DNA of 64,000 bases from an uncultured Syntrophus sp. (GCA_964571695.1 CAZNDG010000006.1:42859-106858), one strand, 5' to 3'. Shown: positions 10,631-19,505, counted from the stretch's first letter. Numbers and translations are program-made. Notes: generated from the letters alone by a model not told the origin.

Positions 10631-11074
10631 ATGTTTGGAACAGGAGCATGGAGATTTGGTCGCTTATTGGATCCGTATGCAGAAATGTCCCGGTTACGGA
10701 ATGAGATGAACCGGCTTTTCTCCGTTTCAACCCATCCCTTCGTGCAGGTCTATCCGGCGGTTAACATCTGGGTTGGTGAACAGGAAGCGGTAATTACTGC
10801 GGAATTGCCCGGCGTGAATCCCGATAGAATCGATATTTCCGCACTGGGAGATAACATCACCATTTCCGGCGGCCGTGATCAGGAAGCACTGAAGGAAAAT
10901 GAAACCTATCATCGCAAGGAAAGAAACGGCAGCCGGTTCTCGAGAACCCTGCAGCTTCCCTTCCGCATTGACGCCGCGGGCATCGAAGCCCGATATGAAA
11001 AGGGGATTCTCAAAGTGACGGCGCCCCGGGCCGAGGAAGACAAGCCCAAGAAAATCGCAATCAAAGCGGCATAA
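10631..11074 (+). CDS. Small heat shock protein Hsp20
   Basis: YPAVNIW, AELPGV, RKER..RFSRTLQLP, ARYEKGILKV. Confidence 0.95.
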   Translation: MFGTGAWRFGRLLDPYAEMSRLRNEMNRLFSVSTHPFVQVYPAVNIWVGEQEAVITAELPGVNPDRIDISALGDNITISGGRDQEALKENETYHRKERNGSRFSRTLQLPFRIDAAGIEARYEKGILKVTAPRAEEDKPKKIAIKAA

Positions 11075-11092
11075 GGAAAGGAGGTTGGTGAT

Positions 11093-11500
11093 ATGGAAAA
11101 AGAAGCATTGGATCTGCAGAAACAGCAGGCGCAAAATCCACTGGAAACGGAACGGACCAGGAACCGAAAGGTCTATGTGCCAAAGGTCGATATTTATGAA
11201 ACGAAAGACGCCATGGTGTTGATTGCCGACATGCCAGGTGTAGACAATCAGTCGGTAGATATCACCCTGGAAAAGAATGTCCTGACGATAACGGGCAACG
11301 TGGAATCCACGTCCTATGAAGGCAAGACACTGGCCTATGCCGAGTACGACACGGGAGACTATCAGCGGGCCTTCACCATTTCCGACGAAGTGGATCAGGA
11401 CCGCATCGAGGCCATGGTGGAAAACGGCGTTCTCCGGCTGACGCTCCCCAAGATCGAAAAGGCCAAGATAAGAAAGATCGCCATCAAGGCCGAAAAGTAA
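11093..11500 (+). CDS. Small heat shock protein Hsp20
   Basis: PKVDIYET, ADMPGV, YQRAFTI, ENGVLRLTLPK. Confidence 0.95.
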   Translation: MEKEALDLQKQQAQNPLETERTRNRKVYVPKVDIYETKDAMVLIADMPGVDNQSVDITLEKNVLTITGNVESTSYEGKTLAYAEYDTGDYQRAFTISDEVDQDRIEAMVENGVLRLTLPKIEKAKIRKIAIKAEK

Positions 11501-11571
11501 ACGGTGTCCTGTTACCGTGCCGGTCGCGGTCAACGGCATACCGATAAAATATCAGGAAAGGAGGAACAGCT

Positions 11572-12075
11572 ATGATCGGAAGAAATCTTTTGCCGTCGCT
11601 CTGGAATTCCGCCGCCACCCCGGCCGCGGCGGCCGATGATCATCCCTTCCTCGGCGTCCAGAGAGAGATGAACCGAATCTTCGACGATTTCTTCAGGGGC
11701 ATGGAGGTAAGCCCCCGGCCTACCGGAGATCGCTTGAATCGTTTCGTCCCTTCCCTGGACATTCGGGAGAACGACAAGGAATTGACCATAAAGGCGGAAC
11801 TGCCCGGAATGGACGAAAAGGATGTGGAGGTGCTCCTGACGGAAAACACACTGACCCTCAAGGGTGAGAAAAAAGAGGAAAAGGAAGACAGGGGAAGGGA
11901 TTATTACCACATGGAGCGAACCTACGGGTCATTCCAGCGGGTAATTAACCTGCCGGAAGGGATCGACACGAAGAAGGCGGAGGCCAAATTCAAGAATGGC
12001 GTCCTCTCTATCAACCTGCCCAAAACGGAGACCACCAAGGTCAAAGGTAAAAAAATCCAAATCAAGGCGGCATAA
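11572..12075 (+). CDS. Small heat shock protein Hsp20
   Basis: PSLDIRE, AELPGM, ERTYGSFQR, FKNGVLSINLPK. Confidence 0.95.
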   Translation: MIGRNLLPSLWNSAATPAAAADDHPFLGVQREMNRIFDDFFRGMEVSPRPTGDRLNRFVPSLDIRENDKELTIKAELPGMDEKDVEVLLTENTLTLKGEKKEEKEDRGRDYYHMERTYGSFQRVINLPEGIDTKKAEAKFKNGVLSINLPKTETTKVKGKKIQIKAA

Positions 12076-12090
12076 CCCTCACCACCTTTC

Positions 12091-12118
12091 ATCCTCCCGG
12101 CAATCCCGCCGGGAGGAT
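12091..12118 (+). terminator. Stem-loop after the Hsp20 cluster (no clear U-tract)
   Basis: ATCCTCCCGGC-AATCCC-GCCGGGAGGAT 11-bp stem. Confidence 0.5.
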
Positions 12119-12200
12119 GAAAGATCCGCTTATTCCTCCCAGGCATCTGATTCTCCATAAAACCTCGTAGCGAGCGGTCCATCCTCGGATTGTCAAGCAA

Positions 12201-12291
12201 TGACAGCCTCGTAAAAAACGCGCATCATCCATTCTCCTCCTAAACTCCCCTTTGAAGTGATAGGAATATAATGACTTTTTACGAGTTCATT
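12201..12291. mobile_element. Short MITE-like element
   Basis: CTCGTAAAAA (12208-12217) and TTTTTACGAG (12276-12285) terminal inverted repeats; ends resemble the element at 14347. Confidence 0.5.
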
Positions 12292-12302
12292 AAACAATGG
12301 CA

Positions 12303-12331
12303 TTGACAACACCGCGATCTTTTCCTATCTT
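12303..12331 (+). promoter_or_regulatory. Sigma-70 promoter of the hydrolase gene
   Basis: TTGACA-N17-TATCTT. Confidence 0.65.
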
Positions 12332-12401
12332 CCCGTCAGGGAACACAAAGATTTCCCGGTGAGGCGGCCGGCGAGCGGCCCGGGACCCAAAAAAGGGAAT
12401 T

Positions 12402-13340
12402 ATGCTCAGAACAATCACAGATTACCAGAACAAGACCGGCAGTTCAGTTTTCCTCCTGATTGTCCTGGTCATGGTGGGAATTCTTTCCCTTCCCGACGCG
12501 GCGGCGGGGCAAAAACCGACCACGGCCCCAGCAACTCCCCGGCTACCCACCCTCGTGATGATTCACGGGATGTTCGTCGGTCCCTGGTGCTGGGACAACT
12601 ATCGTGATTACTTCGAACGGCGCGGATACCGAGTCATTACCCCGACTCTCCGGGGCCACGACACACCGCTGCGCGCGCCCCCGCCGCCGGAGCTGATGCA
12701 AACTGGGATCGGCGATTACATCGCCGAGGTGGAAAAGGAGCTCGGGTCAATAAATGAAAAGCCCATCATCATCGGCCATTCCATGGGGGGACTGATCGCC
12801 CAGCTCCTCGCCGCCAAAGGCCTGGCCCGGGCCGCCATCCTCATCGCCCCGGCGGTCCCCCGGGGGATCAACCCTGTCTCCTGGACGGGGATCAAGAGCG
12901 CCTGGATGAACCGGCAGCGTCTGGGCCACTGGGGGGAGCCCCTGCGTCCCACCTTTGCCGGCGCCGTTTATTCATCCCTCCACCTACTGCACCCGGAAGA
13001 CCGGGAAAAGGTCTTTGCCCGCTTCACCTATGAATCCCCCCGGGCAGCCGGGCAGATAAGCTTCTGGTTCTTCGACCCGAATAAAAGCACCGCCGTGGAC
13101 GCCGCCCGGGTGACCTGCCCGGTCCTTACCATTGCCGGCGGGCTGGATCGCCTTGTCCAGCCGGCGATCGTTCGTAAGATCCACGCCAAATATCAAACCG
13201 TTTCCACCCATCGGGAATTCCCCCGCCACTCCCATTTCCTCATCGCCGAGCCGGGGTGGGAGGAACCGGCCCGGGAAATCGAGCTCTGGATCCGGGATAA
13301 AGCTGGTTACTTCCCCGCTGCCACTTCCCGGAAAAATTGA
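12402..13340 (+). CDS. Alpha/beta hydrolase with N-terminal membrane or signal segment
   Basis: VMIHGM, GHSMGG nucleophile elbow, G..D acid and HSH catalytic His. Confidence 0.9.
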   Translation: MLRTITDYQNKTGSSVFLLIVLVMVGILSLPDAAAGQKPTTAPATPRLPTLVMIHGMFVGPWCWDNYRDYFERRGYRVITPTLRGHDTPLRAPPPPELMQTGIGDYIAEVEKELGSINEKPIIIGHSMGGLIAQLLAAKGLARAAILIAPAVPRGINPVSWTGIKSAWMNRQRLGHWGEPLRPTFAGAVYSSLHLLHPEDREKVFARFTYESPRAAGQISFWFFDPNKSTAVDAARVTCPVLTIAGGLDRLVQPAIVRKIHAKYQTVSTHREFPRHSHFLIAEPGWEEPAREIELWIRDKAGYFPAATSRKN

Positions 13341-13356
13341 AATTTAAGAAGGTTCG

Positions 13357-13578
13357 TCAAGGTCGGTCCTTGAATTTTCCGGCACAGACAATGTATCTCC
13401 CGCCGTCGCTGCCGGTGGCAAGTTGATAATAGGTGGTCCTGAAGTAGAGACCGCTTTGCCTGGGGCTGGTATAGATGTAGTCTTCCCAGCCGGTGCCTTT
13501 GTTTAGGGCCTTCTTTACGATTTCATCCCGAAAGGCCTTGCCTTTCCGCGTCCGTCTTCCTGGTGCTCCACTGGTCAT
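13357..13578 (-). pseudogene. C-terminal remnant of a Cache-type sensor domain protein
   Basis: GKAFRDEIVKKAL.KGTGWEDYIY..P...LYFRTTYY..ATGSDG.RYIVCAG resembles a Cache C-terminus; KTDAE lies in the adjacent frame just upstream. Confidence 0.55.
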
Positions 13579-13636
13579 GCGGGTTTTTTATGAATTCATT
13601 ATCAATAGGGGAAGCTTGCCTCATCCTCATATACTT

Positions 13637-14275
13637 TTACGTCAGAAAAAAAAGAAATCCAAGGAAGTGACAAGCGCTGCCGAAAAGGACGAAGATGTGC
13701 CACAGCACATGGTGATACCGCATCTGCTTACGGACATAGAAAACAACGCCGCCGGTGTAGAAGAGACCACCCGCCAGCAACCACCAGAGGAGGCCCCGGG
13801 GAACCATCGTGATCATTGGTTTTGACGCGATCAGGGCCAACCATCCCATCCCCAGATATATCGTTACGGTTATCCATCTATAACGGCCGAGAAACAGCAA
13901 CTCATAGACCATGCCGGCCACGGCGACGGCCCAGATAAGGCCGAAAAGCGTCCAACCCCATACTCCGCGCAGGCAGATGAGGATAACAGGCGTATAAGTC
14001 CCGGCAATAAGAAGAAAAATCGAGAGATGGTCGAGGTGGCGGAAAAAGAGCTTGATCTGCTCATCACGAAAACCGTGGTAAAGCGTCGAGGCCAAGTAGA
14101 GGAGGGTAAGAGATCCTCCATACACCGAAAAACTGATGACACGCCATGCGTCGTCCTGCCACAGGGCGGGAAGAACGAGCACGGCGAGCCCCACTATGGC
14201 GAGTACCGCACCAATGCCATGGGTGATGCCGTGTAATAATTCCTCGGTCAGTGTGTATTGTGTTGGCATCTGCAT
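13637..14275 (-). CDS. Hemolysin III / PAQR-family membrane protein
   Basis: EELLHGITHG, STLYH, DHLSIFLLIAGTYTP, HVLWHIFV. Confidence 0.93.
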   Translation of the reverse strand: MQMPTQYTLTEELLHGITHGIGAVLAIVGLAVLVLPALWQDDAWRVISFSVYGGSLTLLYLASTLYHGFRDEQIKLFFRHLDHLSIFLLIAGTYTPVILICLRGVWGWTLFGLIWAVAVAGMVYELLFLGRYRWITVTIYLGMGWLALIASKPMITMVPRGLLWWLLAGGLFYTGGVVFYVRKQMRYHHVLWHIFVLFGSACHFLGFLFFLT

Positions 14276-14346
14276 GTACGTGCCATATCACAAAAGCAAG
14301 TAGGAGAGCAAAACATCCGTGCAAGCTGAAAGATTTCATCCATATT

Positions 14347-14510
14347 TGACAACTTTGTAAAAAGTCCGGATGCGGCGTTGCGCTGCATCCTTCGTCACTG
14401 CGGCGTACGGCAAGTACGCCTCATTCCTCATGATTTGCGCGCCTTGCCCGCGGATATTTTTTCAAAGCCGTCGATTATGGCCTATTTTTAGACTTTTTAG
14501 GTGCTCATCA
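14347..14510. mobile_element. MITE-like non-autonomous element with internal hairpins
   Basis: Ends TGACAACTTTGTAAAAAGTC / GACTTTTTAGGTGCTCATCA, flanked by TATT on both sides; internal hairpins at 14368-14390 and 14402-14420. Confidence 0.65.
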
Positions 14511-14620
14511 TATTTATCTCGCCCCCGACCGCCACCACACCGCAATTTTTATAAAATATGTGTCGCTGCTTGCCGATGGAAAATCTTCGCCGGAGCGCCT
14601 GCATATGTTAAACTATTGAG

Positions 14621-14765
14621 ACAATGAAGGAACTAACGACATTGCTCGCCGTTTCTGTTTATTTATCCCGACCCGTGTCCGGGGGACGGCAGGCTTCTCC
14701 CGGACACGGGTGGAAAGCCAAGTATGCGTGGAAAAAACAGGGCGAGGTTCTCTGTCGTTGAAAAA
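14621..14765 (+). ncRNA. Candidate structured small RNA of unknown family
   Basis: Nested pairings AACGACA/TGTCGTT, CTCGCC/GGCGAG, CTGTTT/AAACAG and a 13-bp apical stem (14671-14711); TTCGCC-N17-TAAACT just upstream. Confidence 0.3.
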
Positions 14766-14870
14766 GAAGATTAGCGGGCCAACACATCCGAGCAAAAGGA
14801 AACGTGCCATTGCCGGCGGCGGAAATATACTACCTTAGCTCAAAATTGATCTTGCCTTCCCGCGGAGGGA

Positions 14871-16295
14871 TCAGAATTCCGGGTCATCTCCGGAAAGACG
14901 CCGGTGGATGGCCTGGGCGGCCTTGCGCCCTGCCCCCATGGCGAGGATCACCGTGGCGGAACCGGTGACGATATCACCCCCGGCATAGACACCGGTACGG
15001 CTCGTCTCTCCCGACTCACCCTTGGTGATGATGTAGCCCCGGCGGTTGGTTTCCAGCCCCGGCGTCGTGGCGGGGACGATTGGATTGGCCATGGTGCCCA
15101 CGGCGACCACTACGGTATCAACGGCGATGACAAATTCGGATCCGGAAACGGGAACGGGGCTGCGGCGACCCGAGGCGTCCGGTTCCCCCAGTTCCATCCG
15201 GAGACATTTGACGCCACTCACCCAACCGCCCTCGCCTAGATACTCCACGGGATTGGTCAACAGATGGAACTGCACCCCCTCCTCCTTGGCGTGATGAACC
15301 TCTTCCTTCCGGGCGGGCATCTCCACCTCGCTGCGCCGATAGATGATGTAGGCGTTTTCCGCCCCCAGGCGCAGGGCCGTCCGCACCGAGTCCATGGCCA
15401 CGTTGCCCCCGCCGATGACGGCCACGTTCCTACCCCGAACGATGGGCGTGTCGTATTCGGGAAACCGGTAGGCCTTCATTAGATTCGACCGGGTGAGATA
15501 TTCGTTGGCGGAATAAACGCCGCTCAAGTTTTCTCCGGGGATGTTCATGAACACCGGCGCCCCAGCGCCGACCGCCACATAGACGGCGTCGAATCCCGCG
15601 GCGAACAGCTCGTCGATGGTCTTCAGGCGGCCGACCACGGCGTTGACGACGATCTTGACCCCCAGCTTGCGCAGGTAGTCCACCTCGGCCTCCACGATGG
15701 CCTTAGGAAGGCGGAATTCAGGAATACCGTACACCAGGACGCCGCCCGCCTTGTGGAGGGCCTCAAAAACCGTGATATCATAACCCAGCTTGACGAGATC
15801 GCCGGCGATGGTGAGCCCCGAGGGACCCGCCCCGACCACCGCCACCTTCTTCCCATTGGGCGGGGCGATCTCCGGAATGGCGACGGCGCCGCTGTTCCGC
15901 TCGTAATCCGCGGCGAACCGCTCCAGGCGCCCGATGGCCACGGGCTCACCCTTCTTCCCGAGGATGCAGGTCTTTTCACACTGGTCCTCCTGGGGACAGA
16001 CACGACCACAAACCGCCGGGAGGCTGTTGGTTTTCTTCAGGGTCCGGGCCGCGCCCGGAAAATCGCCTTCCGCAATCTGCCTGATGAACTCGGGAATCTT
16101 TACATCCACGGGGCATCCCTCCACACAGCCCGGCTTCTTGCACTGGATGCAGCGTTTCGCCTCCAGGATCGCCGTCTCCGGTGTATATCCCCGGGGCACT
16201 TCCTCGAAATTTCTTATCCGTTCCTTGGGATCCTGCTCCGGCATGGCCTGGCGGGGGATCTTCTCTTTCCTGGATTTCTCTGTCTTTTCTTCCAT
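14871..16295 (-). CDS. nfnB: NfnB / GltA-like FAD and Fe-S NADPH oxidoreductase large subunit
   Basis: RCIQCKKPGCVEGCPV, GRVCPQEDQCE, GAGPSG, GGGNVAMD; follows nfnA. Confidence 0.9.
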   Translation of the reverse strand: MEEKTEKSRKEKIPRQAMPEQDPKERIRNFEEVPRGYTPETAILEAKRCIQCKKPGCVEGCPVDVKIPEFIRQIAEGDFPGAARTLKKTNSLPAVCGRVCPQEDQCEKTCILGKKGEPVAIGRLERFAADYERNSGAVAIPEIAPPNGKKVAVVGAGPSGLTIAGDLVKLGYDITVFEALHKAGGVLVYGIPEFRLPKAIVEAEVDYLRKLGVKIVVNAVVGRLKTIDELFAAGFDAVYVAVGAGAPVFMNIPGENLSGVYSANEYLTRSNLMKAYRFPEYDTPIVRGRNVAVIGGGNVAMDSVRTALRLGAENAYIIYRRSEVEMPARKEEVHHAKEEGVQFHLLTNPVEYLGEGGWVSGVKCLRMELGEPDASGRRSPVPVSGSEFVIAVDTVVVAVGTMANPIVPATTPGLETNRRGYIITKGESGETSRTGVYAGGDIVTGSATVILAMGAGRKAAQAIHRRLSGDDPEF

Positions 16296-16375
16296 TAGTT
16301 CCTCATATCGCCGCTGATAATTAGCGTCCCTTCCGGCGTAAGGCCAGGCGGGGGCAGTGAAAAAAGAGGCCGCTT

Positions 16376-16458
16376 GTCATGCCGGGGTTGAGCCGTCATC
16401 CTGAAAGCATTCGCAAACACCCGATTCCCGCCGGTGCGGGAAAGTCGGAAGGCATGAC
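16376..16458. repeat. REP/dRS3-like palindromic element between nfnA and nfnB
   Basis: GTCATGCC...GGCATGAC outer inverted repeat enclosing ATTCCC-N8-GGGAAA (16424-16443). Confidence 0.55.
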
Positions 16459-16514
16459 GCAAAGCAATAATCCAAACGTCACAGGTCCCAAAGGGGAACA
16501 TGGCGCCATCATTC

Positions 16515-17351
16515 TCAGTTGCCCTGCCAGCCGCACCGGTGCCGTTCGTAGGCCTCTCCCTCCTGCTCGCAGTACATCCGCAGTCGACTCGTCAGGAGAT
16601 CGAAGTCCACCTCATGGCCGTCGAACTCCGGCCCATCGACACAGGTGAATTTCGTCTTTCCCCCGATGGCGACCCGGCAGGCCCCGCACATCCCCGTGGC
16701 ATCCACCATGATAGCGTTGAGGCTTACGATGGTCTTGATCCCATAGGGCCGGGTGAGATTGGCAATGACCTTCATCATGGGCACGGGCCCGATGGCATAG
16801 ACTCGGTCGACCTTCTCCCCGGCATTGATGATACCCTGAAGGACATTGCTTACGAAGCCGTGAACCCCGTAACTGCCGTCGTCGGTGGCCACTACAAGTT
16901 TGTCGCTCGCCGCCCGCATCTCCTTTTCCAGGATGATCAGGGATTTGTTACGGGCACCGATGATGGATGTCACCCGGTTTCCCGCCTCCTGGAGGGCCTT
17001 GGTGATGGGATAGATGACCCCGACGCCCACGCCGCCGCCTATACAGACCACGTGGCCGTAGTTCTCGATCTCCGTGGGATTGCCCAGGGGACCCTGGACG
17101 TCCTGAATATCGTCCCCCACAGCGAGAGTGGCCATGAGTGCCGTTGTCTTTCCGACGATCTGGTAGATGATCGTCACGGTCCCCTTTCCCCCGTTGGAAT
17201 CCACGATGGTCAGGGGTATCCGCTCTCCCTGCTCGTTCACCTTTAGAACGAGAAACTGGCCCGCCCGGCGTTTCCGGGCGATCTCCGGGGCATCCAGATC
17301 CATCCGGACCACGCTTTCCGACAGTTGTTCCTTGTAAACGATCCTGCTCAA
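16515..17351 (-). CDS. nfnA: NfnA-like FAD/NAD-binding 2Fe-2S subunit
   Basis: RAGQF, ERIPLTI, GPLGNPT, GGGVG, MVDATGMCGACR, CVDGPEF; TTG start with GGAG RBS chosen (ORF track starts at 17387). Confidence 0.9.
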   Translation of the reverse strand: MSRIVYKEQLSESVVRMDLDAPEIARKRRAGQFLVLKVNEQGERIPLTIVDSNGGKGTVTIIYQIVGKTTALMATLAVGDDIQDVQGPLGNPTEIENYGHVVCIGGGVGVGVIYPITKALQEAGNRVTSIIGARNKSLIILEKEMRAASDKLVVATDDGSYGVHGFVSNVLQGIINAGEKVDRVYAIGPVPMMKVIANLTRPYGIKTIVSLNAIMVDATGMCGACRVAIGGKTKFTCVDGPEFDGHEVDFDLLTSRLRMYCEQEGEAYERHRCGWQGN

Positions 17352-17411
17352 GAATTTACTCCTTTTTCTGTGCTTAGGGTCGGTCATGAAATAAGTGTAA
17401 CATCTTGCATC

Positions 17412-17520
17412 TCATCTCCAGGCTATCTTTGCCCCGGCTTCAATTGCTAAATACTCAACGTAGCGCTGCTACGCTTTCGGTTTAGCTTAATCAGCCAAAA
17501 CAAATATAACCTAAATCTGA
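17412..17520. repeat. Long imperfect palindrome (MITE-like) upstream of nfnA
   Basis: AGGCTATCTTTGCCCCGGCT..GCTAAA versus TTTAGC..AGCCAAAACAAATATAACCT arms around CGTAGC-GCT-GCTACG. Confidence 0.55.
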
Positions 17521-17564
17521 TCGCCATTTTGCTACTCTTATTTCTTGACCGGCCCTTAGATGCG

Positions 17565-17591
17565 CAGAAGGAGCCGGCGTGGCTCCTTCTG
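17565..17591. other. Perfect 11-bp stem-loop downstream of flxA
   Basis: CAGAAGGAGCC-GGCGT-GGCTCCTTCTG; no U-tract on the coding strand. Confidence 0.55.
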
Positions 17592-17627
17592 ATCACTTAT
17601 GGGGCATTTAATCTGCTTACGAAGTCT

Positions 17628-18467
17628 TCAAAAGTCCCTCGTCAGTTTATCCAGTTCGGCAAAGGTAAACACGGGGCCGTCCTTGCAGACGTACTTACTC
17701 CCCACGTTGCAGCGACCACACTTGCCGATGCCGCATTTCATCCGCATCTCCAGGGAGGTGATGATGGTTTCCTTGGAAAAGCCCAGATCGAAGAAGACCG
17801 GGAGGGTGAAGCGGATCATGATGGGGGGGCCGCAGATGACCGTGACGGCGTTCTCCGGGCTGGGACCGACCTCCTTGCAGACCGTGGGCACAAAGCCTTC
17901 CCGGCCCTTCCAGCCGGTGTCGCCCTTGTCCACGGTGACGTTCAGATCGATGTCGTCCCGTTTGCTCCAGGCCTCCAGCTCGTCCTTGTAGATCAGGAGC
18001 CCCGGATTCCGGGCACCGTAAACTACCGTGATCTTGCCGAAGCGTTTCCGGTTGTCGCCGAAGATCATGTAGTTGATCAGGGAGCGCAGGGTGGTGAAGG
18101 CAAACCCGCCGCCCACGATAACTACATTCTTCCCTTCGAGGTACTCGATGGGCCAGGAGTTTCCCAAAGGACCCCGGAGGCCCATACGTGTCCCCACTTC
18201 CATCTCATGGAGGGCCGAGGTGACGACGCCCGCCTTCTGGACCGTAAACTCCACGTAGCCGGGCTGGGTGGGTGACGAGGCGATGCCGATGGGCGACTCT
18301 CCCTTGCCGAAGATAGACAACTCCGCAAACTGGCCGGGGATATACTTGAATTTCTCCTCGTCCTCCTTGTTCACGAATGCGAAACGGAAGGTCTTGATGT
18401 CCTTCGTGTCCACCTCGGTGACAATCTTTACTACCTCCACAGGATAGGGTATGTAAGGGTTTTGCAT
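17628..18467 (-). CDS. flxA: FlxA-like FAD/NAD(P)-binding 2Fe-2S subunit
   Basis: PGQFAELS, GESPI.IASSP, RGPLGN, MRMKCGIGKCGRC, CKDGPVF. Confidence 0.88.
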   Translation of the reverse strand: MQNPYIPYPVEVVKIVTEVDTKDIKTFRFAFVNKEDEEKFKYIPGQFAELSIFGKGESPIGIASSPTQPGYVEFTVQKAGVVTSALHEMEVGTRMGLRGPLGNSWPIEYLEGKNVVIVGGGFAFTTLRSLINYMIFGDNRKRFGKITVVYGARNPGLLIYKDELEAWSKRDDIDLNVTVDKGDTGWKGREGFVPTVCKEVGPSPENAVTVICGPPIMIRFTLPVFFDLGFSKETIITSLEMRMKCGIGKCGRCNVGSKYVCKDGPVFTFAELDKLTRDF

Positions 18468-18482
18468 GACTTTCTCCCAGCT

Positions 18483-19505
18483 CTATAGTTTCGATATATC
18501 GGTGATGATCTTCCGGATGTCGATATTGACGGGGCAGTACATGACACAACGGCCACAGCCCACGCAGGCGATGGCGTTGAAATTCTCCGGGTAGTAGCTG
18601 AACTTGTGCATGGCCCGCTGGCGCCACCGCTCTTTCTGGGTCGGACGGGGGTTGTGCCCCGAAGTCTCCTTGGTAAATATGGGGAACATGCAGGAATCCC
18701 AGTTCCGCAGGCGCCGGCCGTCGCTCTGTTTCATCTCGTCGGAGATGTCGAAACAGTGGCAGGTCGGGCAGAGGTAGGTGCAGGTCCCGCAGGCCAGGCA
18801 TCTCTGGTGGACGGTATTCCAGAAGGGGCTGTTGAAGTTGGCATCCATGATCGGTTTCACTTCCCGGCCGGGGATGTGGGATTTGATCTCCTTGGCCGCC
18901 TGTTCAGCCGCGGCATCCTTCTTCGCCTCGGCGGCGGCATCGGCCTTGAGGTCCCCGAAATGTTTGACAAGCTGCTCGCCTTTGGAGGTGATAAACTCCG
19001 CCAGGAACTGATCTCCCAGGTCGGTGAGGAGGATGTCCGCCCCTTCCGAAGAGACCGGATGTCCGTCCACGGAGGTACAGAAACAGGTCGCATAGGGGGG
19101 ATGGACGCAGGCCATAGCGACGATCGTGGTCTTTTGCCTTTTATCTATATAATAGGGATCCTTGTACTTTTCCTGATCGAAGAGAAGATCTAGAAGAACG
19201 AAGCTCCGTGCGTCGCAGGGCCGAACCCCGAACAGCACCGTCGCCTCCGCCTCCTTTTGCCCGCCTGTAAACTCCACCCCTTTGGTCGTACGGGTGTAGC
19301 GCAGCATGACCTCGGAGCGGGGGAAGAAGAAGTTCTTCGGGGCGTTTTTGCTGTTGGCATAAGTTAGGTAAGGTTCCTCCCCCTTCTCCAGCGCCTTGAA
19401 GAGGACATTGTCTTCCACTTTCACCGGGGCAAAAACTACTGCCTCTTGAGCGATCTTCCCGATGATCCCTGTCAGAGCATCTTTTTTGATCAACCGTTTT
19501 TCCAT
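18483..19505 (-). CDS. flxB: FlxB-like 4Fe-4S dicluster subunit
   Basis: GVRPCD, CTSVDG, CLACGTCTYLCPTCHCF, CVGCGRCVMYCP. Confidence 0.88.
   Translation of the reverse strand: MEKRLIKKDALTGIIGKIAQEAVVFAPVKVEDNVLFKALEKGEEPYLTYANSKNAPKNFFFPRSEVMLRYTRTTKGVEFTGGQKEAEATVLFGVRPCDARSFVLLDLLFDQEKYKDPYYIDKRQKTTIVAMACVHPPYATCFCTSVDGHPVSSEGADILLTDLGDQFLAEFITSKGEQLVKHFGDLKADAAAEAKKDAAAEQAAKEIKSHIPGREVKPIMDANFNSPFWNTVHQRCLACGTCTYLCPTCHCFDISDEMKQSDGRRLRNWDSCMFPIFTKETSGHNPRPTQKERWRQRAMHKFSYYPENFNAIACVGCGRCVMYCPVNIDIRKIITDISKL

Noticed and set aside
14370-14627. 85-aa ORF MRRCAASFVTAAYGKYAS
   Set aside because: Arises from the MITE-like element's internal palindromes
14621-14765. 6S RNA or cobalamin riboswitch identity for the long hairpin
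   Set aside because: Too short and asymmetric for 6S, lacking the usual gene context; no B12-box or GCCACTG motif
16412-16465. GCAAA...GACGCAAAGC resembling a c-di-GMP-I riboswitch
   Set aside because: Wrong strand for the flanking genes, no GAAA-capped P2 or P3 stem, and better explained by the REP-like element
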